Shown here in pieces: positions 25,601-38,051 of a DNA stretch of 64,000 bases. Where the stretch lies: NCBI GenBank assembly GCA_964016885.1, contig OZ024742.1:57474001-57538000 (forward strand), given 5' to 3'. The translations under genes and the position numbers were made by a program. Origin of the DNA: Eledone cirrhosa (lineage: Eukaryota). Below the pieces are notes generated by a model, which searched no databases, was not told where the DNA came from, and was given only the letters and a program-made list of their open reading frames with translations. Positions within the stretch are counted from its first letter, which is position 1. Each line of letters starts with the position of its first letter.

Positions 25601-26068
25601 CACTAATCCCACACAATCCCAGCGTGCATCTAAGATCCCGTTCCAGTCGCCCACTAACACTAAAGAGCGGGACGTTCCAAGAAAGGTCTCCAGACGCCAG
25701 AAGAAATCAGGCCGCCCTGCTCCTGTCGGGGCATAGACGGCCACTAACCTGAAAGCTTGCCCGTCTCCGCTGGTCACGTCCAGCACCACCAACTTACCTT
25801 CTGGGTCCAGGAAGATGGCCCGTATGGCAAGATCCAAACCTCTCCGAAAAAGCACAGCAACTCCTCCCCCCGATCCCGGACGGCTGGGAGATGCGTACAC
25901 ATCGTAGCCGCCGAAGATCGGTGCGAAAGCCTGTGCTTCGGAGATTCTGGTCTCGCTGATGGCCACTACATCTATGTTTAGTGACCTGAGGTCGTTGGGC
26001 AGGTGGCCCTGCTTCCATGACGACCCCAAGCCATGCGCATTTATGCTGCCTATTCTGAGTGAGGTCAT
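22649..26068 (-). CDS. Tx1/L1-type ORF2: AP endonuclease, reverse transcriptase and CCHC, 1139 aa, uninterrupted
   Basis: IGSINAHG, ISET, VYAP, GDWN, YLDR, TDH (APE); KSPGLDG, FRPITLLN, LDQSKAFDRV, RQGCPL, YADD (RT); CPRC...ETVLHALVQC. Confidence 0.95.
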   Translation of the reverse strand: MTSLRIGSINAHGLGSSWKQGHLPNDLRSLNIDVVAISETRISEAQAFAPIFGGYDVYASPSRPGSGGGVAVLFRRGLDLAIRAIFLDPEGKLVVLDVTSGDGQAFRLVAVYAPTGAGRPDFFWRLETFLGTSRSLVLVGDWNGILDARWDCVGLVDREGGCKSLTNLLRRFELSDRYRMDFPNVPMWTWTNRIGSSRSYLDRVFCREIDRSSIGCPQFKIVSYTDHKFVICVLDLDRLHRRGPGYWKLNASLPARKAYRDRISELVKRALTGAIVNNKWWFALKRAIRIESIRFSKTLAIEKNRAEGELVRKLDEALSKGIATDVLAAKLALDQFFNAKHEGCVVRARVRALRHEGTKAVQWARVAEARRGNKATIRSLVDHDGRMLLDPGQMCEAFQRHFAQLFGGSGGPDQGMDFSVYLDGLPRLSATEAECCEKPITTAEVRDAMTSCTRGKSPGLDGLPYELYVQMPNLFGGLLADVYCNWQQNGRIPSSVSRGAVALLRKDPNKGDNIDNFRPITLLNTEFKILAKVLAKRLALVVGGLVGEAQTCAIPDRSIHDNLHLMRYIVERVAREPGTGGSLINLDQSKAFDRVDHRYLTAVLRAAGFGPVFRGWIAAMHSDICSVVRVNGHLSDPFNIMRSVRQGCPLASILHVLTLEPLLHKLETLRGVPRELGCGRSVSAYADDVTVVVSNAKNIEAIGTTLREYEAVTGAMINQEKSVGLQLGTWRGRSMPSNSVVGRWTDGPVKLLGVWFGPDLQTDKNWDEVMSRVASLTQKWAERKLSLKGRAEVANAYIASVIYYRLTVVPCPKPRLTALERLLFRFLWKGRAPMVRRSICCQHPLRGRLGMPWLMMRRHALRLRHLHLFLDGDQVWSPFARHVFPQLVSLTELQSWVKRRPRGSAWRLECLQALTALDQSGNVIGGNSTLAFYRGLVEGKSDDVLGETLGVDENQLANLFGRTFGPGPMDNFQKSLAWQCYRGALPVRDKLYRHGGAVSRACPRCAQGDETVLHALVQCPSIADLWVYVEHLLSRVGRIQLSAESIVRIAPPPSFSLEGQAVFICLVAMAKEIVWWTRLKGLKTSTYLFGDALINFFKFHLKRKIRVEREVLSSQHFVERWVREASMARMNGPSLSMCL

Positions 26069-26107
26069 GTTGAAAAAGAGTGGAAAAGATGGGAAAGACC
26101 ACTTACC

Positions 26108-27925
26108 TTACTTCTCGTAGGGAAGGACGGCTTTTCCATCCTTTTCACTGCTTGTGGCCTCCTCAGGAAGGATGTCCTTATAAATCCTCCTGGAGAGTGC
26201 TTGTCGGAAGTCTCCGATGTCTTTGGGGAATTTTTGTTTTAGTGTCATGTACGTTTTCTGTGTGATGCGAGTGATTTGTATGTGTGGAGGTGGTGTGAAT
26301 TTTGGGGTTGTTGTGTAGTCTTTTTCTGTGATGCTGGTGTTGTGTTGGATGTAGTGTAATAATTGCTTGTTGTTCAAATTTAATGCTGTGTAGTGTGTAT
26401 CGTTTTGGTTGTTTTGTTTTGTTTGCGTTTGTTGTGGGTTTGTTTCTGTTTCGCATTTTGGTGACTTTTGTGGTGGTGTTGGAGTTAATGATGGTGATGG
26501 TGTTGGTGTTTGGGTTGATTGGGTTGGTGATGCTGGTGTGGATGGTGGCATATCTGTCCTAACTTTTTTGTTTCTTAGTTTATTTGTTTCCCTCTGTATT
26601 TTGTTTTTGGAGGGGGAAGGAAGAGAATTTTTTCTTTTTTGGTTTCTTTTTTTTTTCCGGATATCGTTTCCCACTCCTCGTCGTCACAATCTGTCTCCAG
26701 TTGTGATAGGCTGGGGAGTGGAAAATCCTCCACAGCCGTTAGTTTTGGTTGTCGTGTGGTGGATGGTGTAGGCGCTGGTGCTAGTTCTGAAGCGTTGGGT
26801 GGTGGTGGTGGTGGTTTTGCTGGTGGTGGTAGTGGTGTTGGTTTTGCTACTGTTGCTGGGGTTGTTGCTGTTATAGTTGCTTCTGTTGTTGCTGCTACAG
26901 TTGTTGCTGCCATCTCTGCTACTGGTGGTGTTGATGGTTGTGTCACTGGGGTGGGTAGGAGAGGTGGCCTCAACCTTTTAGCCTGAGGGCAGAAAGCCCT
27001 TAGGTGGGTTCCTTCACCACAAACGACACACCTAGGTCTTCTGCCCTCGACAATTACCGTGAGGTGGCTGCCGTCAGTGAGGTCTATTACCTCTGGGATC
27101 TCCTCAATGCTTTTTTTGGTCCGCTTGGATCAGGAACTCCATCCCAGATCCGGACCAGTTTTCCTGCTTTTCTTTTGCTACTGCTATTATTTTCGTGTTG
27201 GCTTCGATGCCGGCGAGGACAGCCGCTATTAGCCAGGGAATTTCGATGGCCGGTGGAACGTGGGTCACCCTGATCTTTACGAGTCTCTGGCCACAATAGC
27301 TTGGGACGAGTGTGAGGTCGTCACTTTTTAATGGGGCCATGGAGTGTTCTCTAGCCTCCTCTGGTGTTTCAAAGAACACATCCACGGTTCCATACTTTTG
27401 CCCACGTCTGATGTGGGTTTTTCTTGCCCACACATGTCCCAAAGCTTTTTGGATTTGGGACTCGGATGCCCGTTCCACTCGGCGCGATTTTACATTTATT
27501 GTTCTATACGACACGGTGCACAGGCGCCGATGCTCCATTTTATTAGGTGGGGGGGTGAGGCTGACCCTGTACCCATCTTTCTTTACCATTTGTTTGGCAT
27601 TTTCTAAATCTTCTTGAGTTACCGTGAACGCTTCGAATTGTTTTGCTACGATGGCGAAACTGAGGGTCGGTTTTATAATGTCATTGTTGTTGTTGTTGCT
27701 ATCGTTATTTGTGTTAATCTTAATTTTTGTTTCAGTTGTGGTTGTGGTGACGTCATTCGTCTTTGGTGCGGAAGAGTCCATTTTGCTTGATTTCATTTCG
27801 ACATCACGAGTTAATTTATTTTTTTCTTCTTTTGTTTCTGTTGTCGCGGTGGTGGTGGTGGTGGTGGAGGCTTTAACACCTGCAGTCATTGGTAATGGCG
27901 GGAAATGAATGTCTGCCTGAGACAA
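26108..27925 (-). pseudogene. Tx1-like ORF1 (zinc knuckle, Thr/Pro-rich), frameshifted
   Basis: ORF pieces 27104-27925, 26575-26973 and 26108-26674 are homologous to 32512-33339. Confidence 0.75.
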
Positions 27926-28268
27926 ATTTAAAATATTGCTACTGCTTATATTTTTTTTGTGTTGGCAAACGTAGTAACATTTACAATGGTGGTGTCGGTG
28001 TGAGGTGTTATTTTGTGAGGAAGGCTTTCAGCTGCTTCGTGCAGAGGTGAAGTAGCCATTTTTTTTTCAAAGAAATTTTTTGATAATAATAAAAGTTAAA
28101 ATTTTGGGCACAAGGCCCCAATCTTTTTGGGTGTCCTTTTCGGAAAACAATGTATGTGTGCTTATAAACAGTTAACAATAAAATTTTCCATAAATGGCAA
28201 TTTTTAACAAACGGAAATAACAAACCTTTGCGGAGCTCACGATGATACGATTTACTACGTAGGTCGCC

Positions 28269-28331
<63 letters not shown>

Positions 28332-28333
<2 letters not shown>

Positions 28334-31300
28334 TTTCTTTATTGGCCACAAGGGCTGACATCAAGAAAAACATCACAGACGGAACAGGACGGTACGATGT
28401 GGGTTTTGTGCGTGTAAATATTTTTATTATTTATATAAGAAAAGAAAAAAGACATAAAACATATATATATAAACAATCAAATGAAAATTGAAACAATGAA
28501 AAATTCCCCAATAGGGGGGAAACCTCCGAGGGTTACTCGTGGCGAAAACCACACAAAAGACCACGGCCACCCTGACTACCAGGGCAAGCGCCCTCTCTCA
28601 ATTTTTCTATCTCTCTACAGACGTATATTCAGAGTGGTCCCGTTCACTCGGACCATTCTCGCTACATTCACCCACCTTTCAACAAACTTGCTAGAAAGCA
28701 GCACTTGCCTCTCCACCCTGATTTTCCTCTTTAAGTGAAACTTGAAAAAGTTAATTAGGGATTCGCTGAAGAGGAAAGTGTTTGTCTTTAATCCTTTTAA
28801 CCTTGTCCACCACACAATCTCTTTCGCCATGGCCACCAGGCAGATGAAAACCGCCTGCCCTTCCTCCTCAAAGGAAGACGGCGAGACCATCTGCACAATG
28901 GACTCAGTCGACAACCGAATCAGTCCCACACGTGACAGCAACTGTTCGACATAGCTCCACAAGTCAGCAATGCTCGGGCACTGAACGAGTGCGTGCACAA
29001 CGGTTTCGTCGCTTCTGAGCGCATCTCGGACAGGCTCGGCTGACGGCACTTCCGTGCCTGTAGAGCTTATCTCGAACCGGCAGCGCTCCCCGGTAGCACT
29101 GCCAGGCCAGGGATTTTTGGAAGTTATCCATGGGCCCCGGGCTGAAAGTTCTCCGGAAGAGAGCAAACAGCTGATCTTCTTCGATGCTCAGGATCTCTCC
29201 GAGAATGTCGTCGCTCTTCCCCTCCACTAGTCCTCTATAGAACGATGAGGTGCATGTTCCACCGATACTGGTGCCCAACTGAGAGAGGGCAGTGAGCGCC
29301 TGGAGACATTCCAGTTTCCAAGCGCTATCCCTCGGTCTTTTTCTGACCCAGGACTGCAGCTCCGTCAAGGAGACGAGCTGTGGGAAAATGTGCCTGGCGA
29401 ACGGCGACCACACCCGTTCACCATCAAGGAAGCACCAGAGATGTCGCAGCCTCAGCGCATGTTTGCGCATCATCAGCCATGGCATGCCCAGTCCTCCGCG
29501 CAACGGGTGTTGACAGCAGATTGATCGTCTGACCATGGGAGCGCGTCCCTTCCACAAAAAGCGGAAGAGGAGGCGCTCCATTTTGGTGAGAGTTGGGCTG
29601 GAGCAAGGGACGACAGAGAGGCGGTAGCAGATGACGGATACAATGTACGCATCGCCACTTCCGCCCGGCCTTTCAGGGACAGCTTCCTCTCAGCCCTTTT
29701 CTGGGTGAGGGAGGCCACCCTGCTCGTCACCTTGTTACAGTGTTTCTCCATCTGGGGGTCCGGTCCGAACCAGACCCCGAGCAATTTAACCGGTCCGTCC
29801 GTCCAACGCCCCACGACGCTGTCGGACGGCATGGACTTGCCTCTCCAGGTGCCTAGCTGCAAACCCACCGACTTTTCCTGGTTTATCTTTGCTCCTGTCA
29901 CCGCTTCGTATTCCTTGAGAGTGGTGCCGAGCATCTGGACGTGTCTGGTGCTCGACACCACCACGGTGACGTCGTCGGCGTAAGCCGACTCGGATTTCCC
30001 GCATCCTAATTCGCGTGGGACGCCCCTCATCGCCCCCAGTTTGTGCAGTAACGGCTCGAGAGCCAATACGTACAAGAGGGACGAGAGGAGACAACCCTGG
30101 CGGACTGAGCGCATGATGCTGAACGGCTGCGACAGGTGACCGTTCACCCTCACAACTGAGCAGATGTCGCTGTACATTGCTGCGATCCAACGCCTGAAAA
30201 CGGGCCCGAAACCGACTGCCTCGAGGACCGCCGCCAGGTACCGATGGTCGACCCTATCGAATGCTTTGGATTGATCCAAGTTGATCAGGGCCCCACCCTT
30301 GCCAGGTTCCTTAACCACCCTCTCTATGTATCGTATGAGGTGGAGGTTGTCGTGTATGGATCTGTCCGGAATGGCGCATGTCTGCGCCTCTCCCACCAGA
30401 CCCTTGACGACAAGCGCCAACCTCGTTGCTAACATCTTGGCCAAAATCTGGGTTATGGGCCTGAAATTATCAATAACATCCCCCTTGTTCGGTTCTTTTC
30501 TCAGCAGCGCCACTGCTCCCCGGCTCACAAAACCGGAAATGCTCCCGTTCTGCTGTTTGTTGCAGTAGACGTCTTCCAAGAGGTCACCGAACAAGTCTGG
30601 CATAAATGCATAAAGCTCGTAGGGCAGACCATCCAAACCTGGCGATTTACCTCTTGTGCAGTTAGCCATCGCTTCCCGTATTTCACCGGCTGTTATTGGC
30701 TTTTTGCAACACTGTGCTGCGGTCGTCGAGAGCCGAGGCAGTCCGTCGAGGTATGCACTGAAGTCCATGTCCCGATCCGGGCCGCCGCCGCTCCCGAACA
30801 GTTCAGCAAAGTGCTGCTGAAAATCTTCACACATCCGCTCGGGTTTGAGCATCACGCCCCGTTTTGGTCAGACAAAGATCGAATTGTGGCTTTATTGCTA
30901 CGTCGCGCCTCTGCCACCCGGGCCCATTGGACGGCTTTTGTCCCCTCGTGTTTCAGAGCACGCGCTCTAGCTCTGACAACGCAGCCTTCGTGTTTTGCGT
31001 TGAAGAATTGGTCGAGTGCCAATCTCGCCGCAAGCACGTCGGTTGCGATGCCTGTCCTAAACGCCTCTTCTAGCTTTCTGACTAGCTCTCCCTCTACTCT
31101 ATTTTCCTCTATCACTACTCCTTTGCTAAACCTAATCGACTCTACTTTAATTGCCCTTTTCAGGGCGAACCACCACCTGTTGTTGACGACCGCTCCCGTC
31201 AACGCCCGCTTAACTAATACGCTAATCCGGTCTCTGTAGGCCTTGCGCGCCGGGAAAGACGCGTTCAGCTTCCAGTAACCAGGCCCTTGTCTATGAAGTC

Positions 31301-34034
31301 TGTCTATGTCGATCTCACAGATCACAAATTTGTGGTCTGTGTAGTCGACTATTTTAAATTGTGGACAACTTATACTAGCCTTATCTAGTTCCCTGCAGAA
31401 TACCCTATCGAGATACGATCTGGATGACCCGATTCGGTTTGTCCATGTCCACATTGGCACATTCGGGTGATCCAGTCATGCCTGTCAGACAGTTCAAAAC
31501 GTCTGAGCAGGTTGATGAGGCTCTTGCACTCTCCTCCCCTATCCACTAGCCCCACACGATCCCAGCGTGCATCCAAGACACCGTTCCAGTCGCCCACTAA
31601 CACTAAAGAGCGGGACGTTCCAAGAAAGGTCTCTAGACGTCTGAAGAAATCTGGCCGTCCTGCCCCTGTTGGGGCGTAGACTGCTACTAGCCTGAAAGCA
31701 TTGCCTTCGCTGCCGGTCACGTCCAGCACCACCGACTTACCTTCTGGGTCCAGGAAGATGGCCCGTATCGCGAGATCCAAGCCTCTCGGAAAAAGGACGG
31801 CAACCCCTCCCCCCGATCCTGGACGGCTGGGAGTTGCGTATACATCGTAGCCGCCGAAGATCGGTGCGAAGGCCCGTGCCTCGGAGATTCTGGTTTCACT
31901 GATGGCCACCACATCTATGTTTAGTGACCTGAGGTCATTGAGCAGGTGACCCTGCTTCCAAGATGACCCCAGGCCACGTGCATTTATACTGCCTATTCTG
32001 AGTACAGCCATGTTGGATGAGAAACGGGGCAAATGAGAAAGGGTCACTTACCTTGTTCGTGTGGTGAAGGGACAGTAGAACCGTCCCTTTCGCTGGTCAT
32101 GGGTGTTTCCAAGAGGATGTCAGTGTATATCCTCTTGGTAACCGTCCCTCTGAAGTCTCCAACTGTGTTGGGGAATTTTTGTTTTAAAGGTTTGTATTGT
32201 TCTATTGAGATTTCGATGATGCTTATGTTTGTCGGGAGAGTTCTTGGTGTTGGTGGGGTGTAGTAGTTTTTTTCCGTGATGTCTGTGTGCTGCTTTATAT
32301 ATTTTATGAGTTCTTTTTTTGCTATGGCTGTGTACTTTTTGGGGGGAGGGGTGATTTTGTTGCCGTTTTCTTCTTGTTGCTGTTTGGTGTGTGTGTCTTG
32401 TGTTTGCGTTGTTGGTGTTTGTGGTGGTGTTGCTGCAAGTTTCCTTGCTGCCTTTACCCCTCTTTGTATGCCTTCGCTTTTGGAGGGTGAATCTAAGGGT
32501 TTTTTTCTTTTTTATTTTTTGTGGCAGACTGTTTGCCACGTTACTCCCGCCTCAAACTCCATGTCGGATTCTGTGGCGTCTGGGAGGGGTATATGCTCCA
32601 CGACTGTTGGTGGTGGTAGTGGAGCCCTCTTCGGTAATTTTGTTGCTGGTGTAGCTATTTCAAATGTAGCTATTGGTGTTGCCGCTACTGATGATGCTGC
32701 TTTAGTTATCCGTGGCCTTGGTACGGGTGCTACGGACGTTGTCCTCCTACTCACCGTGGAAGGGGCTTCTTCGTTTGTTGCCTGTCCTGCTCTTGGTAGC
32801 AGCGGACCAGGTATTGGAAGGAGAGGGGCCCTCTTCGGTGTCTTCTGCGGGCAAAAGGCCCTGAGGTGACCTTTCGACCCACATAGATAACATTTTGGCC
32901 GTCTTCCTTCTACACTTATAGGGAGTTGGAGTCCTTCCTCGAAGTCTATGATATCGGGGATAGCCTCGATACATTCCTGGTCAGTTTGTATGAGCATTTG
33001 CATGCCTATACCTGACCAGTTCTCTCTGCCTATTCTTTCTACTTGCAGCATGGTCGCCCTGTTCTCAATTCCAGCAAGGACAGACGCGGCCAGCCAAGTT
33101 ATGGGCACGTCGGGTGGGACCTGGGTCACTTTGACCCTCACAATTTTCTGCCCGCAGTAGGAGGGCACCAAGACTAACTCCTCACTCTTTAGGGTTTCCA
33201 AAGAGTGAGACTTTGCTTCCTGGGGGGTGGCGAAAAGTACGTCTACTGTGTCGTACTTTCTGCCTCGGGTGATGTGGGTTTTGCGTGCCCAGACGCACCC
33301 CAAGGCCTTTTGGATTTGAGCCTCCGTGGCTCTCTCCACTCGATGTGAGATTTTGGTCTTACTGGTGGTACTGAGGTCGCTATTACAGGTATCGGTGTTA
33401 TTGTTGTTCTTTTTGCTGGTACAGTTGTTGGTGTTGTTTTCGTTGATACTGTTGCGGCTGTTACTGTTATTGTGGCTGTTGTTATTATTGTTGTTTTTGT
33501 TGATACTGTTCCTACTATTATTGTTGTTGTGGCTGTTGTTATTGTCATTGTTATTGTCGTTCTCGACCTTACCGCTGTTATTTTTGTTATTGTCGTTCTC
33601 GACTTTACCGCTGTTATTTTTGGTGATGTTGTTGGTGTTATTGTTGGTGTTGTTTGTGTTAGAAATATTTGTTAATTTTAAATCTGTAACAATCTTTTTT
33701 TCGTTTGTAATATTTTCGTTTATATTTACCTCCGCTGGAAAGCTGTCTTGTTGACATGCTGATAAAGTCTCCCTCTCTCTGTGTTGTCTGACAGCGCTCT
33801 CTCTCTTGCGCTCTCAGCGCTCTCTCTCTTGTGTAAAAAAAATATTTTTACACAAATACGAATACGACACCCCGTAAAGGGGTGCCGTATTATTTACTAG
33901 TGAACCCCTGTTTTAAGTGGGTCACTTCTTCTAAACTTTTATCAAATTTAAAACTTGAATAAAAGGTTTAGAACGGTTGAAAAAGAGGTAAAACGTTGAA
34001 AAAGACTGGAGGCGATAAGAAGCGTGGCTTCACT
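28332..34034 (-). mobile_element. Full-length Tx1/L1-like LINE (second subfamily), ORFs frameshifted
   Basis: ORF2 fragments run from about 32011 (MAVLRIGSINARG) to 28615. ORF1 runs from about 33757 and contains KCYLCGSKGHLRAFC. (AAT)n lies on both sides (28269-28331, 34035-34085). Confidence 0.92.
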
Positions 34035-34037
34035 AAC

Positions 34038-34085
<48 letters not shown>

Positions 34086-34086
<1 letters not shown>

Positions 34087-34280
34087 CTTTCTTTATTAAC
34101 CACAAGGGTTTACACAAAGTATACATTAAGGACAGTACAGGACAATACAGGACGGTACAAATGGGCATTTCTGCGTGTAAAAAAAAAAAAAAACAGATGA
34201 TGTAATAATAGAACAATGAAAAATTCCCCAATAGGGGGGGGGACTTCCGAGGGCCATCGTGGAGAAAGCCCATTAAAAAA
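34086..34280 (-). mobile_element. Tx1-like 3'UTR-only insertion (severely 5'-truncated)
   Basis: Very similar to 22406-22590; the 3' end abuts (AAT)n. Confidence 0.85.
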
Positions 34281-34295
34281 AGAATAATAATAATA

Positions 34296-37200
34296 ATTAA
34301 ATAAATAGATAAAAACTTAAATAACTTTTAAGTGTTTATCTATTTATTTGTTTATTTATTTATGTTCGTCTACAGCGTAATGGTGCCACGCTAAAATCAC
34401 CGGGAATAATGAAATCACTGGGGGTGATGAAATCACCGGTGGTTATGTAATCATACATTCACCAATCCTCGATATGAATGTTTAAATGTCGAACCTAAAC
34501 AGTTCGAATAACGGTGAAGAGGAGACCGGAACGTCATGTGAAAGACTCTCACCCAGCAAGTGCTCCCTGGCCCAGCAGCAGGGACCTGGCTGTCATCCAA
34601 ATACTGCTGGTGTTGGAGGAAGAAGAAGAAGGAAAGGTACAAGAACCAACTGGACGAAATAATTGAATAGAACTGTCATGGAATGATTCCTGAAGAGTAA
34701 CCCCATGGGAAAAGGCTATAGGAAACGGATGCATAACATCTGGAACGAGATTGGTCTATTTAAATTAGATGAACAAACATTGGCCGGGCAAGCTCGGGTA
34801 ATAAGAACTAATGGATGGATAAGCGAGTTGGAACTGAAGGAACTGAGCAGTGAGATTAAGTTGGAAATGGAGGGTGGAGTATGTCAGGCAAACGAGCCAG
34901 TGGGAAATGAAGGTGAAGAGGTTGAGAGACCTGAGAAAGCATCCCAAGCAGACAATGATCTGAATGCTGAAATAAATAACATCTGGAACAAAGATACGGC
35001 CATTGAGGAAATGAATGCTGACGGGCTAGGACAAGATTTGGCTGATATCCTGAACTTAGTGGTAGATGAAATGAATAATGATAGTGGGAAACCTATGAAC
35101 CTAAGATTTGTAGACAGGAAAAAGTTAAAAGAAACTACAGCTAAGGTAAACAAAGTCATCCCATACCTTGAGGCGAAGAACCTTCACCAGTGCAACAATA
35201 TCCTCAAAGCAACAGCAGTGAGGAAATTACTTGGCATAAACGAGAGGAAACAACAAACAAGAAAGATCATAACCTTGGTGGAAGAAACGACTGAATGATC
35301 AAATCAAGGAAATGAGAAATGACATTGGAAAGCTTGAGTCCCTACTGAATGGGACATTACAAAACATAGACACTAAAAATAGATTGGAAATAAAGTATAA
35401 AACTAGGGGGAAAAGACTAAATATTATCATAGAGGAACTGAAGCAACACATTGTAGCAAAAAGTGAAAAGATTAGGCGGTATGAGAGCAGAGTCAGTCAG
35501 TATAGACAGAACCGCATGTTTGACAACAACCAGAAGATGTTGTTTGGGCAGCTTGAAGGGAAAGAAAGAGGCAACGACTTGATCCCTGGGGCGGAACAAA
35601 CTAAGACATTCTGGAGAGGAATATGGAGCAGGATGTTGAACATAATAATCAGGCAGTGTGGATTGAGACAGTACAAAAGGAGATTAGTGAACAAGAACAC
35701 CAACAAACTGATTTGAGTATCACAGTTGAAACTCTTAAAGGGCAGGCCAAAAAACTAACCAACTGGAAATCACCAGGCCCAGGTGGTGTGCAGGGGTATT
35801 GGATTAAAAATATAATATCCCTCCACCCGAAACTGACAACCATGTTCAATGACTGCTTGATATCGGGTGAGATACCAGAGTAGTTGACAAAGGGTACCAC
35901 AGTTCTGGTAATGAAGACCGAATCAAGGGTAATGATGTTACCAACTATAGACCTACCACATGTCTGTCCGTAATGTGGAAACTGTTAACAAGCATTGTGT
36001 CTGAGGAAATCTACCATCACCTCCACATAAACAACTTGTTACCGGACAAACAGAAAGGATGCCGAAAGAAGTCTCGTGGTACAAAAGACCAGTTACTTAT
36101 TGATAAGATGGTAATGAGGAATTGCAAGAGGAGACACACTGGTCTTGCCATGGGATGGATAGATTACAAAAAGGCATTCGATATGGTACCTCATTCTTGG
36201 ATAGCCAAAAGCCTAGAGATCTTCAAGGTGGCAGATAACATCAAACAGTTGTTGAGCAAAAGTATGAAGTCCTGGGAAACAGAGTTAACATCGGGTGGAG
36301 AATCCTTGGGAGGCGTGAAAATCAAGAGAGGTATCTTCCAGGGAGATATTTTGTCCCCTCTGTTGTTTGTCCTTGCCCTGATGCCCCTGACCATTATACT
36401 GCGAAAAGGGAGAGCAGGATACAAGTTGGGAAAGGGAGAGCTTACCATCAATCACCTCCTCTTCGTGGACGATCTTAAGTTCTTCGAGAAGAGTGAGAAG
36501 GAGTTGGATGTGCTTGTTGACACTGTCCGTATTTTCAGCAATGATATATGTAAGCAATTTGGTATTAGTAAGTGTGGAGTCCTTGTGATGAAGAGGGGTA
36601 AATTGAGAAGAAGCAACGGAATCCAGGTACCAACAGGTGAGATGATAAAGGAAATTGACACTGATGAGAGATACAAATATTTGGGTGTTCTGGAGGCTGA
36701 TGACATCAAGAACAAAAAAATGAAGGAATTGATAAGATCTTAATACATTCGGAGAGTAAGGAGCGTATTAAAGTCACATCTGAACAGTAGGAATGCCATA
36801 AGTGCAGTAAATTCCCGAGCTGTGTCTATTATTAGGTACAGTGCGGGAACTCTGAGATGAAATGTTACTGAACAAAAAGAAATGGATAGGAAGACTAGGA
36901 AGCTATTGACTATCTACAACATGTTCCACAAGAGGAGTGATGTCGATAGACTCTACTTAAGGAGATCTGAAGGTGGAAGAGGTCTTATCAGCATAGAGGA
37001 CTGTGTTCAGGTGGAGAAAAACAACCTACACAAATACGTGACTGATAGTAAGGACCCAATGCTCAGAATTGTACTGAAGAAGAGGACAATAGACCAGGGA
37101 ATGTCCAAGGAGGAAATAACAACAAGGAGAAAGAGCAGCCTTCATGAAAAATCCTTTCATAGTACCTTCTTTGAGAAAACTGAATTCAGCGATCCACAGA

Positions 37201-37975
37201 CATGGAACTGGTTGAAAAGAGGAGACCTTTAAAAGGCTACAGAAGGAATGCTAATGGCTGCGCAAGAGCAGGCCCTCAAAACGAAGTGGTTGAAACACCA
37301 TATTTACAAGGAGGAGGCTAGCCCACTGTGCAGGATCTGTGGAGAGAGAGAGGTGACTGTGGCTCACATTGTATCCGAGTGTAAACACCTAGCCCAGACT
37401 CACTATAAAGGCTGGAGACATGATGTGATGGGCAGGGTGATCCACTGGCACCTATGCAAAGTAAACAATTTACCATATTCTGAGAAGTGGTATGAGCATA
37501 AGCCAGAGTCGGTGATAGAAAACGATCAGGTGAAGTTGCTGTGGTATTTTAGGATTCAGACGGACAAGAAACTGGAACACAATAGACCTGACCTGGTAGT
37601 TTTGGACAAGGAAAAAAGATCGTGCCTGATTGTGGATGTGGCCTGCCCATTCGACACGAGAGTGCAAGAAAAGGAGGGGCAGAAAATTAACCGATATCAG
37701 GACTTAAAGTGGGAGGTAAAAAGGATTTGGAACTGCCATGAAGTCAAAGTGGTTCCGATTGTCATAGGCGCACTAGGTACTATCTCAAAAAGTTTCCAGG
37801 ATGGTTAAAGAAAATTGGCCCCGCCACGCTTTTTGGAACGCTTCAAAAGGCATGCTTGCTGGGAACAGCAAGAACCCTCCGATACGTCCTGAATATCTGA
37901 GGCTGCAGGTAGTGGCTTGATATTCATTTCAACAAACTTTCCAGTTAACTAACATCAGTGACTGAGACTCAAAGA
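34296..37975 (+). mobile_element. Dong/R4-like family A copy 3, near full length, multiply disrupted
   Basis: Colinear with 1580-5205; short AAT tail at 37976-37998. Confidence 0.93.
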
Positions 37976-38051
37976 ACAATAATTACTAATAATAATAATT
38001 ACTTAATTTTTCATTCTTAAGTGAGTGTACAAGCACATAATATCTTGTTTT

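Larger units (their letters stand above)
22406..28268 (-). mobile_element. Full-length Tx1/L1-like LINE between two (AAT)n tracts
   Basis: ORF1 region 27925 to about 26108 (frameshifted), ORF2 26068-22649, a minus-strand AATAAA just before the (ATT)n tail, and a 5' end at (AAT)n 28269-28331. Confidence 0.93.
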
